Shown piece by piece: positions 18,297 through 26,808 of a stretch of 64,000 bases of DNA. A model generated the notes under the pieces. The model ran no database searches and was not told the origin of the DNA. It saw only the letters and a program-made list of their open reading frames with translations. Origin of the DNA: an uncultured cyanobacterium (GTDB taxonomy: Bacteria; Cyanobacteriota; Cyanobacteriia; CAKZMO01); NCBI GenBank assembly GCA_963719515.1, contig CAVRCJ010000006.1, positions 192,001 to 256,000 on the forward strand, in the 5' to 3' direction. The position numbers were made by a program, and so were the translations under genes. How positions within the stretch are numbered: the stretch's first letter is position 1; each line of letters starts with the position of its first letter.

Positions 18297-19590
18297 GTTG
18301 AGCACCTCATCACCCCGCGAGGGGACTGAAACCTGGTTTGCAGTTTACCCTCAACACGTAACAATGAGTTGAGCACCTCATCACCCCGCGAGGGGACTGA
18401 AACAGTGATGCTGAGTCGAGCCAACTTGCCATGTTCGGTTGAGCACCTCATCACCCCGCGAGGGGACTGAAACCTGTCACAGGATCGCCCACGTTACCAT
18501 GTTAGGTTGAGCACCTCATCACCCCGCGAGGGGACTGAAACTGTTTCTCAGACCCAGGTTGGTTCGGGTCTTCAGGGTTGAGCACCTCATCACCCCGCGA
18601 GGGGACTGAAACTGGGGATGACTTCTATGCCTTCATCAGTTGCGCCAGGTTGAGCACCTCATCACCCCGCGAGGGGACTGAAACGCGAGCGACGAGGCAG
18701 AGGCTACCCAGACTCAAAGTTGAGCACCTCATCACCCCGCGAGGGGACTGAAACTCCCCGCTACACGTTTGCGCAACTGCGCTTCCGTTGAGCACCTCAT
18801 CACCCCGCGAGGGGACTGAAACGCGCAATTGCTTCGCATTCATCAGGATTTTCATACCGTTGAGCACCTCATCACCCCGCGAGGGGACTGAAACCGTAAA
18901 GTTTGTCTGTGCCTGAACCACGCCAAGAGTTGAGCACCTCATCACCCCGCGAGGGGACTGAAACAAGTGTGATTACACCAGTAGCTTGTACGTCATCGTT
19001 GAGCACCTCATCACCCCGCGAGGGGACTGAAACCAACGATTACGTCGTTGCTAAAGCTTACGCCGCTTGGTTGAGCACCTCATCACCCCGCGAGGGGACT
19101 GAAACTATATAGACGGCTTTTCCTCATAATTAAGGTCTTGTTGAGCACCTCATCACCCCGCGAGGGGACTGAAACATCTATTGTTAGTCAGACGAAAAGA
19201 TGCTTAACGGTTGAGCACCTCATCACCCCGCGAGGGGACTGAAACTTGGCCCCATGGCCAATCACTTCGCGGAGCGGCGTTGTTCAGCACCTCATCACCC
19301 CGCGAGGGGACTGAAACGTCTACTCTCGAGTTAACTATCAAGCCAATTCCGTGTTGAGCACCTCATCACCCCGCGAGGGGACTGAAACTTGAAGCCAGAG
19401 CCGTATTCTTTGAAACCTTCTAGTTGAGCACCTCATCACCCCGCGAGGGAACTGAAACTAGATCCCGTTACTCTCAATAAATCCTCCTATTAGTTGAGCA
19501 CCTCATCACCCCGCGAGGGGACTGAAACAGTTCACTCAGCTCAACAGGTAATACTGAAAGCTTTGGTCGAGCACCTACATCACCCCGCGA
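18297..19590 (+). CRISPR. CRISPR array 1: 18 full 36-bp repeats plus 1 truncated terminal repeat, 18 spacers of about 32-37 nt
   Basis: Repeat GTTGAGCACCTCATCACCCCGCGAGGGGACTGAAAC from 18297 to 19528; degenerate GTCGAGCACCTACATCACCCCGCGA at 19566-19590; spacers unique. Confidence 0.98.
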
Positions 19591-19654
19591 TCGCCCTCCT
19601 ACCCAGCAACGCCAGACCGGTAATCTCGAACGGTCGCTTAGAGCAATCGACACG

Positions 19655-19900
19655 CCGAGCCTTGAGACCGAAACATCAAGCTTTGAACCCAACGTTCCGA
19701 GCTTCGAGCCCGAGATTCCAAGCTCTGAGCCTGACTATTTGAGCTTTGAACCCGACACTTCGAGCTTTGAACTCGGCGCACCGAGCTTCGAGCTTGAGAT
19801 TTCAAGCTCTGAGCCTGACGTTCCGAGCTTCGAGCCTGACCATTTGAGCTTTGAACCTAATACTCCGAGCTGTGAGCCTGACGTTCTGGGCCTGGAGATT
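19655..19900. repeat. Degenerate 21-bp tandem repeat (about 11-12 units)
   Basis: Units such as CCGAGCTTCGAGCCCGAGATT, CCAAGCTCTGAGCCTGACTAT, TTGAGCTTTGAACCCGACACT. Confidence 0.85.
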
Positions 19901-19925
19901 GAAGGCGATCGCTAGGCGAGTGAAA

Positions 19926-20396
19926 CTAAGCTTCTTCGCCATGGGGCGGCTCAAACACGATTTCAAACTGGCCTTTGGGCATGTAGCGACGAATCGCCCG
20001 CAGATGGTCGTCGGCGTCTTGGCGGTTGCGGAAGCGGGCCACGACGTGGCGCTGCATCTTTTCGCGCAGGAGCACCAGCATCCAGGGGTGGCAGCCTGGC
20101 GGCAGCATTGACACCTCTAGGCAGGCGACCCGTGACGGGTCTAAGACCGACTGAAGAATTTGGATGATCTGCTCTCTTGTGGGGCTGTCGTCGATGGGAT
20201 GGAGAACCCAGCCTGGTGTGGGGTTGAGCTGAAAGCTGAGCTGGTAGCCCTGATGGGACTGAGAGCGATATACGGTCCAGGCGGGGTGCTGTAGTCGCTG
20301 ATAAATCTTGAAGCCTTGGGCTTGGAGGGCGGCTTGGATGCGAAAAATTTCCATAGCGATGTGGCGGTCTTGGGGACCACGGGTGGGGTGAGTCAT
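19926..20396 (-). CDS. Hypothetical two-domain protein between the CRISPR arrays
   Basis: 156-aa ORF from ATG 20396; C-terminal PW..MQRHVVARFRNRQDADDHLRAIRR..P...FEIVFE resembles a small uncharacterised cyanobacterial family. Confidence 0.7.
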   Translation of the reverse strand: MTHPTRGPQDRHIAMEIFRIQAALQAQGFKIYQRLQHPAWTVYRSQSHQGYQLSFQLNPTPGWVLHPIDDSPTREQIIQILQSVLDPSRVACLEVSMLPPGCHPWMLVLLREKMQRHVVARFRNRQDADDHLRAIRRYMPKGQFEIVFEPPHGEEA

Positions 20397-20440
20397 AGGA
20401 ATTGGCCGAGGTTGAGATGCGGTTCTCCCAAAGTTAACAC

Positions 20441-20465
20441 ACAGTGTGCACACTGTTTGCACACT
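20441..20465. promoter_or_regulatory. Putative operator between the divergent genes
   Basis: Perfect palindrome ACAGTGTGCACACTGT (20441-20456) plus an extra half-site TGCACACT (20458-20465). Confidence 0.55.
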
Positions 20466-20512
20466 TTAGGTAAAATATTGCTCATCCGGTAATCTGGTGA
20501 GGTGCGAAACTC

Positions 20513-20698
20513 ATGCAATTTGACGACGTGGCAACAAACAAGGCCAGGCTGGTTGCTTATTGCGACCCAGAGACAAAAGAAAAGCTTGAGAAATTGGCCG
20601 AACTTCGACTCCGAAGCTTGAGCAATTTGATCGAGTCTGTACTGGTTGAGGAGGTTGCCAAAGCTGAAGCTAATGGAGAGCTAGATTTGGGTAGCTGA
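20513..20698 (+). CDS. Ribbon-helix-helix (CopG/Arc-like) DNA-binding protein
   Basis: KARLVAYCD beta strand, PETKEKLEKLAELR helix, RSLSNLIESVLVEEV helix; GTG 20528 is an alternative start. Confidence 0.8.
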   Translation: MQFDDVATNKARLVAYCDPETKEKLEKLAELRLRSLSNLIESVLVEEVAKAEANGELDLGS

Positions 20699-20699
20699 C

Positions 20700-20804
20700 G
20701 TAGGTTGGGTTGGAGCGTAAGCGTAACCCAACGCTATCAATCGTCTTGTTGGGTTTCCTGACGTCTTAGCGCAGCCATGCCCGCAGGGCTATACCGCAAC
20801 CTAC
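20700..20804. repeat. GTAG-type REP doublet (REPIN-like) with a nested small insertion
   Basis: GTAGGTTGGGTT...AACCCAAC...GTTGGGTTTC...CAACCTAC inverted ends. Confidence 0.65.
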
Positions 20805-21107
20805 AGAACACGATTAGCGTGGCGAACAGTGCCACCTATCGCCACGCTATCCGTCGCTGCGCTAATGGGTAGGTGTTTGAGGTGAACGCTAATGTGATGC
20901 CGCTCAAAAGCAGACAGCGTATAGGATGCAGGCGATCGCACCAGAAAAGAGGTTAGCGCAATGGCTGAAAACTAGTAGGAGTAGGAGTTTGACGCTTTGT
21001 GGGTTTGTAGTGATTGGGGCACTTTAGCGATGGATGTGTTAGATTTGGGTAGATTAGCGCAAACGAACCTTGAAAACTTGATAGGCACTCCGTTTCAAAG
21101 TGCCGCA

Positions 21108-21793
21108 GTCGCAATGACCTAATACCCCGCAAGGGGATTGAAACAGCTGTGTTGATTTTTCCTAGATAAGTTTTTACTGTCGCAATGACCTAGTACCCCG
21201 CAAGGGGATTGAAACCTTTAGTGAAGCGTATATCGTGCCCGATTAGAGGAGTCGCAATGACCTAGTACCCCGCAAGGGGATTGAAACTAAAAGTCGGCAC
21301 AGGTTGCAGCTCATGGACGTATGGTCGCAATGACCTAATACCCCGTAAGGGGATTGAAACAGAGCGAGGGCAGTCATGCCGAGCGATTTGCAGTGGTCGC
21401 AATGACCTAATACCCCGCAAGGGGATTGAAACGACTATCTCGCTGCAGTCGATAGACGGACGATTGCAGTCGCAATGACCTAATACCCCGCAAGGGGATT
21501 GAAACCAAATTCGGCATCGTAACTGACAGGGGATCTAGTTGTCGCAATGACCTAATACCCCGCAAGGGGATTGAAACAGCTCGCTATGACCTGGCAGCTT
21601 TGAAAAGATGTGTCGCAATGACCTAATACCCCGCAAGGGGATTGAAACTAAGAATTGATGTGGGTGAAAGAAGAAGATCGAAAAGGTCGCAATGACCTAA
21701 TACCCCGCAAGGGGATTGAAACGCAGTTATCAATATCAATCTCAAGCTGACGCTGCAGTCGCAATGATCTAATACCCCGAGGGGAATTGAAAC
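21108..21793 (+). CRISPR. CRISPR array 2: ten 37-bp repeats (last degenerate), 9 spacers
   Basis: Repeat GTCGCAATGACCTAATACCCCGCAAGGGGATTGAAAC at 21108, 21179, 21251, 21324, 21396, 21469, 21541, 21612, 21686, 21758; leader motif GAACCTTGAAAAC at 21065. Confidence 0.98.
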
Positions 21794-21825
21794 ACCTACT
21801 CAGCGAAATCAACGCTGAGTAGGTG
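21793..21825 (+). terminator. Hairpin directly after the last repeat of array 2
   Basis: CACCTACTCAGCG-AAATCAA-CGCTGAGTAGGTG, 13-bp perfect stem. Confidence 0.6.
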
Positions 21826-21873
21826 CGTTTGCCCACGTGCGATCGCCTACCAGAACACCCCTCACGGAATTCT

Positions 21874-22161
21874 GATACCGCTGGCGAAAAATTTCGTAAT
21901 CGAGCTGCACGCTCTGGAGGCCCCCTCCGCCCTCAATCCTGATACCACTGGCGAAAAGTTTCGTAATCGAGCTGCACGCTTTCGAGGCCCCCTAACCCCC
22001 AATTCTGGGGGAACCGGAGCAGTGGCCATACTATTCGCGGCTATTGACTTTAAGGAGTTCTAACCTCTCTGAAGTCCCTCGAATTGGGGGATTGAGGGGG
22101 CCTTCTCCGGGGCAGGAAATAGCCGAGATGTAAGCAAGACATGAAATTCGCCAGCGGTATC
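21874..22161. mobile_element. MITE with terminal inverted repeats, a 6-bp target-site duplication and a duplicated left end
   Basis: GATACCGCTGGCGAA...TTCGCCAGCGGTATC flanked by AATTCT on both sides (21868-21873, 22162-22167); second left-end copy at 21941. Confidence 0.75.
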
Positions 22162-22251
22162 AATTCTTACGAGACTCCACCTTCCGAGCTTCACCCCTCC
22201 TGAATCAGCAATCAAAGCTCCGCTTCAGAGCCAACGCGATCGCCCAAACCC

Positions 22252-23592
22252 TCAAATCCAGGGATCCTCATCCTCCTCAGCCGATGACGACGTCGAGGGT
22301 TCATCTGTCAAAGCTCCCTCCCCAGACTCCTGTCCATCCCGCGCAGCAGGCTCATCAGCCACAGGTTCCACAACATCAGCATTCTCAGCCACCTCATCGA
22401 CCCAGTCATCCCAGACGTCGCGCTCGTCCGTCTCCAAATCCTGCCCATCGCCCAACGCCTCAGAAGCGATCGCCGCATCCTTCTCCTTGGAATCAGCCAA
22501 AGGCTCTGGCGGCACGTCACCCACTGGCTGAGCGTCCACCTTCCCCTCCGCAGGCTCAGAAACCTGCTCCGCCGCCTCATCCCAGCCATCCCCTCCCCCA
22601 TCCCCACCGGCAGGAACCACTCGCGCCTCAGCAGGACTGCTCTGAGGCCCAGAGCGCGGCGCTTCCTCCTCCCAGTCCTCCAGCCCATCCGGTTCAGAGA
22701 CCTCAGGTTCAGAGACCTCGACGCGATCGCTCCCCCTAGCGCCCCCCTCTTCAACGTCGCCCCAGTCCCCCCAATCGTCCAAATCCTCATCTTCCAAGTC
22801 AGGATCGCCAGTCGGCTCGCCGCGCGGGATTGCCTGCTCCACCCGCTCAGTGACCGTCTGCACCTCAGTTTGAATCGTGCGCACCACCTCCTGCGCCTCT
22901 TGGGAAAAATCCTGCGACAGGGTCTGCGCCCGCTCCCGCGCTCGCTGCACCAGACTCCCCATCTGGCCCTGAGCCCGCTCCGCCATCCCTTGCACCTGAG
23001 ACGAGAGCGATCGCAGCTCTCGGGTGACGCTGTCCACATACTCTTCCTTGAGCATGGCGCGAATTTGGGCCAGCCGCTGCCGTAGGCCAGGCTGATAGAT
23101 CTCCAGCGCCTCCACCTCGTCCGCCGAAATCAGGGTGCGCTTGGCGCTAAAGCTAATAATTTGCTTCGGGGACAGCAGGTAGGTGCCGTCGGTGACCGCC
23201 GCCCAGGTGCCGGGGGTCATCAGGTAGCGCAAAATGACGCCATTGTCGGGGTTAAACAGGCAGTCCACCAGTTTTCCCACCCGCTCACCGCGATCGCTCC
23301 ACACCTCTTGGCCAATCAGCGACTCCAGCTGCTGCACCTTAGCCGCCACCGTCGGCTCTGGCTCTCCCTGCATCAGCAGCTTGTCCTCCCCCACCGCGTC
23401 AATCTGCGTCAGCTTAAACACCAGCCGCTTGGCCCCAAAGCGCCCCGGACGGCAGACCACCCCCAAGACGCGGTTGCGCTGGGGATACATCCACAGCGTC
23501 TCGACCCGGCCCACCTCCTCCATGGTCTGGCTGTCGAGGATGAGCTGACCTACAAGGTCGCGGTACTGCAAAATATCGGCGGGCTGAGTCAT
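22252..23592 (-). CDS. Tandem PRC-barrel domain protein with coiled coil and long acidic tail
   Basis: DLVGQLILDSQTMEEVGRVE and LIGQEVWSDRGERVGKLVDCLFNPDNGVI PRC motifs; D/E/W-rich C-terminus. Confidence 0.85.
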   Translation of the reverse strand: MTQPADILQYRDLVGQLILDSQTMEEVGRVETLWMYPQRNRVLGVVCRPGRFGAKRLVFKLTQIDAVGEDKLLMQGEPEPTVAAKVQQLESLIGQEVWSDRGERVGKLVDCLFNPDNGVILRYLMTPGTWAAVTDGTYLLSPKQIISFSAKRTLISADEVEALEIYQPGLRQRLAQIRAMLKEEYVDSVTRELRSLSSQVQGMAERAQGQMGSLVQRARERAQTLSQDFSQEAQEVVRTIQTEVQTVTERVEQAIPRGEPTGDPDLEDEDLDDWGDWGDVEEGGARGSDRVEVSEPEVSEPDGLEDWEEEAPRSGPQSSPAEARVVPAGGDGGGDGWDEAAEQVSEPAEGKVDAQPVGDVPPEPLADSKEKDAAIASEALGDGQDLETDERDVWDDWVDEVAENADVVEPVADEPAARDGQESGEGALTDEPSTSSSAEEDEDPWI

Positions 23593-23672
23593 TGCGGGTC
23601 TATCTCGATCACCAAGGGATTACGTTAAGAAGCCTTTACAATAGAGTTTAATCCAGTCACTATTACAAGGTT

Positions 23673-24587
23673 ATGGTCGATCAACTTATCCGGGGAGCCG
23701 CTGCAGACGGCGGCATTCGCATCGTTGGGGCTATCACCACACAGGCCGCCAACGAAGCGCGACGGCGGCACCGGGCCTCCCACGTGGCCGCAGCGGCTCT
23801 GGGCCGCACCATGACCTCAGCGCTCATCCTTGCTTCTAGCATGAAACGCCCCGAATCTCGCGTCAACATTCGGGTGCGGGGCAACGGGCCGCTGGGAGAT
23901 GTTTTTGTCGATGGCGGGCTAGACGGCACCGTGCGGGGCTACGTCGATCACCCCGAGGTAGAGCTGCCCCCCAATCCCCAGGGGAAGCTCGACGTGGGCG
24001 GCGCAGTCGGCTCTGAGGGCTACCTCTACGTGGTGCGAGACGTGGGCTATGGCTACCCCTACTCCAGCACGGTGGAGCTGGTGTCTGGGGAAATCAGCGA
24101 GGATGTCACCCACTACCTCTCCACCTCAGAGCAGACGCCCTCGGCCTTGATTACAGGGGTTTTCGTCGATGCCACCGGGGTGACGGCGGCGGGGGGCTTG
24201 CTGATTCAGGTGATGCCCAAGGCGGCGCAGGACGACGAGCTGGTGGAACTCTTGGAGTCTCGCGTCGGTCAGCTGACGGGGTTTACGCCGCTGCTGCGGG
24301 CCGGGAAGACCCTGCCTCAGATTTTTCAGCAGCTGCTGGGGGATATGGGCCTGCAGATTTTCCCTGAAACCCAGATGATCCGGTTCCACTGCGGCTGCTC
24401 CTTCGAGCGCATGCTGGGGGCCATTAAGCTGCTAGGCGAGGACGACCTGCTAGACATGATTGCCAAGGACGACGGGGCCGAGGCCACCTGCCATTTTTGC
24501 GGCATGGTGTACCAGGCCAGCGCAGCAGACTTAGAAGCTCTGATCGAGGAGATTCATCAGGACCAGGAAGAGCGCCAAGCCACTTAA
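23673..24587 (+). CDS. hslO: Hsp33 redox-regulated chaperone
   Basis: AALGRTMT, C-terminal zinc motifs CGCS and CHFC. Confidence 0.96.
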   Translation: MVDQLIRGAAADGGIRIVGAITTQAANEARRRHRASHVAAAALGRTMTSALILASSMKRPESRVNIRVRGNGPLGDVFVDGGLDGTVRGYVDHPEVELPPNPQGKLDVGGAVGSEGYLYVVRDVGYGYPYSSTVELVSGEISEDVTHYLSTSEQTPSALITGVFVDATGVTAAGGLLIQVMPKAAQDDELVELLESRVGQLTGFTPLLRAGKTLPQIFQQLLGDMGLQIFPETQMIRFHCGCSFERMLGAIKLLGEDDLLDMIAKDDGAEATCHFCGMVYQASAADLEALIEEIHQDQEERQAT

Positions 24588-24697
24588 GACCTAGCCTTCT
24601 GCGATGGACAGAGATTCCCCGTACGGGGTACAGCGTGCTATGCCTGCATAAGCTGTGCCCTCCAGCGTACGCCATCCCCTTCTAGCCAAACGCCAGC

Positions 24698-25903
24698 CTA
24701 CCCCAGCAGCGCCCAGCATTCCTTAGCGATCGCCCACTCTTCTCGGGCTGCCACCACCACCGCCCGAATCTTAGACTCCGGCGTCGCCACGTCCCCGTCT
24801 GACGTCACGCGGCTGTTCTTCTCGGGGTCTAGGGCCAAGCCCAAAAACCCTAGCCCCTCACTCGCCCGCTGCCGCACCGCCGCGCTGTGCTCACCCACGC
24901 CGCCGGTAAACACCAGTGCGTCCAGGCCCCCCAAGGCCATCAGCATCGAGCCAATCTCGCTGCGCAGCCGGTGAATAAATAGGTCTAGCGCCAGCTTCGC
25001 TTGCGGATTGCCCTGCTCAATAGCCTGGCCAATCTGTCGCATATCGCCAGAGAGCTCAGACACCCCCTTGAGCCCAGACTCCTTGTTGAGCAGGTGGTCC
25101 AAATGTTCGACGGTGTAGTTTTGCGATCGCACCATGTGAATCAGGATGCCGGGGTCGATGGAGCCTGACCGGGTGCCCATCATCAGACCTTCTAGCGGCG
25201 TAAAGCCCATGGTGGTGTTGATGCTGCGCCCCTCGCCGACCGCCGCCAAAGAGCAGCCGTTACCCAGGTGACAGGTAATCAGCTTTAGCTCGGTGACGTC
25301 CCGCCCTAGAAGCTGGGCGGCCCTGTGGGCGCAATACTGGTGGCTGATGCCGTGGAACCCATAGCGGCGAATCCCGGCTTTGTACCAGCGGTAGGGGACG
25401 GGGTAGAGCTGCGCCGTCAGCGGCATCTGGGCGTGAAACGCGGTGTCAAATACCGCCACTTGGGGCACCGCCGCCCCCAGCCGCTGCCCCACGGCTTCAA
25501 TGCCCTCTAGATTCACGCTGTTGTGGCTGGGGGCCAGGGGAATCAGGCCGGCGATCGCCGCCTTAACGTCATCAGTGATGCGGACGCTTTGCTGATAGTC
25601 GCTGCCGCCGTGAACGACGCGATGACCCACGCCGTCAATGTCGCTCGGGCCATCAATGACGGCGGTTTTTCCCGCCCAGAGGGTGTCGAGCATTTTGGCA
25701 ATGCCAGTGGGTTTATCTGTGCCCTGCAGCTTGTCGTGGTGGGTCTGCCCAGCGGCCTCAACGCTGAGCGCGGGGCCGTCGGCCTGGGTCCAGTCAATGC
25801 TGGCCTTCCACAGGGGCTCTGGCGGAGACTGGGGCAGCGTTGTCAGCTCATACAGGCGGCTCTTCTGGCTGCTCGACCCGGCGTTCATTACAAGTAGTTT
25901 CAT
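24698..25903 (-). CDS. ackA: Acetate kinase
   Basis: NAGSSS, GHRVVHGG, FDTAFH, YGFHGISH, CHLGNG, MGTRSGSIDP. Confidence 0.97.
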   Translation of the reverse strand: MKLLVMNAGSSSQKSRLYELTTLPQSPPEPLWKASIDWTQADGPALSVEAAGQTHHDKLQGTDKPTGIAKMLDTLWAGKTAVIDGPSDIDGVGHRVVHGGSDYQQSVRITDDVKAAIAGLIPLAPSHNSVNLEGIEAVGQRLGAAVPQVAVFDTAFHAQMPLTAQLYPVPYRWYKAGIRRYGFHGISHQYCAHRAAQLLGRDVTELKLITCHLGNGCSLAAVGEGRSINTTMGFTPLEGLMMGTRSGSIDPGILIHMVRSQNYTVEHLDHLLNKESGLKGVSELSGDMRQIGQAIEQGNPQAKLALDLFIHRLRSEIGSMLMALGGLDALVFTGGVGEHSAAVRQRASEGLGFLGLALDPEKNSRVTSDGDVATPESKIRAVVVAAREEWAIAKECWALLG

Positions 25904-25992
25904 TGCCGCCTCTCTCGCTCACAGTCGGTAATTCGTAGATGTTGATCCGATGATACCTTTGTGCCTGATGATCACACCGCTGTAATTGCTCT

Positions 25993-26751
25993 ATGCACAC
26001 TGATGCCTGGCTGGGGCTGCTAATCGGCAACACCCAACTACATTGGGGCCGATTCGAGCGGGGTGCCCTCGTCGAAGTTTGGGACCAGCCTCACCTCAGC
26101 CCTGCCGACTTAGCAGCGCCAGCGATCGCCAGGGTTCCGGCAGCCCATCAGGCCTTAGCGGCCACCCGGCGGCTGTGGCTGGCCTCCGTGGTGCCGCAGC
26201 AGACCCAATACTGGCAAGCTTACTGCCAGCCCCCCATCACCCTAAAGCAGGTGCCGCTGCGGGGCACCTACCCCACCCTCGGCGTCGATCGGGCTTTGGC
26301 GCTGTGGGGGGCAGGGCAGCGCTGGGGCTTTCCGGCCTTAGTCATTGACGGCGGAACGGCCCTCACCTACACCGGAGCCGACGCAGCGCAAACCCTAGTG
26401 GGCGGCGCAATTTTGCCGGGGCTGGGGCTGCAGCTGCGATCGCTGCACCAGTCCACCGGACTGCTGCCTTTGCTGCCTGCCACCCCCCCAAAGCCAGAGC
26501 CGCCCCAGCGCTGGGCCACCACCACCGACGGAGCGATCGCCAGCGGCGTGTTTTATAGCGCGATCGCTGGCGTCGAGTCGTTTCTCACCGACTGGCAACG
26601 CCGGTTCCCCAACAGCGCCGTCCTGTTCACGGGCGGTGACGGCGAGCTGCTGTGCCAGTCCCTTTCAGAGCCGCTGCGGCAGCAGGCCCACCACGACCCC
26701 CACCTTGGGTTTTGGGGGCTTCAGCAGGTGCGCAGCGCGATCGCGAGCTGA
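25993..26751 (+). CDS. coaX: Type III pantothenate kinase
   Basis: IGNT, LGVDR, VIDGGTALT, GGAILPGL, FTGGDG. Confidence 0.93.
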   Translation: MHTDAWLGLLIGNTQLHWGRFERGALVEVWDQPHLSPADLAAPAIARVPAAHQALAATRRLWLASVVPQQTQYWQAYCQPPITLKQVPLRGTYPTLGVDRALALWGAGQRWGFPALVIDGGTALTYTGADAAQTLVGGAILPGLGLQLRSLHQSTGLLPLLPATPPKPEPPQRWATTTDGAIASGVFYSAIAGVESFLTDWQRRFPNSAVLFTGGDGELLCQSLSEPLRQQAHHDPHLGFWGLQQVRSAIAS

Positions 26752-26808
26752 ACCCTATCTAGAATTGGTCTTCGGCGCTGTCCCCCCGCAGAAGCGATGC
26801 GGTAATCG

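Noticed and set aside
18625..19742. ORFs overlapping array 1 (18625-18966, 18903-19112, 19474-19692, 19494-19742)
   Set aside because: They are translations of CRISPR repeats (recurring LSTSSPREGTET or VSVPSRGDEVLN), not genes.
21281..21836. ORFs overlapping array 2
   Set aside because: They are also repeat-derived translations.
22284..23628. Long alternative-frame ORFs over the PRC-barrel gene (and similar ones over cphA, pnp, ftsH and the cyclases)
   Set aside because: They are shadow ORFs expected in GC-rich coding DNA, with no recognisable motifs.
25960..25978. Possible CRP-type site upstream of ackA (TGTGCCTGATGATCACA)
   Set aside because: The half-site spacing is 7 rather than 6 and the left half-site is imperfect.
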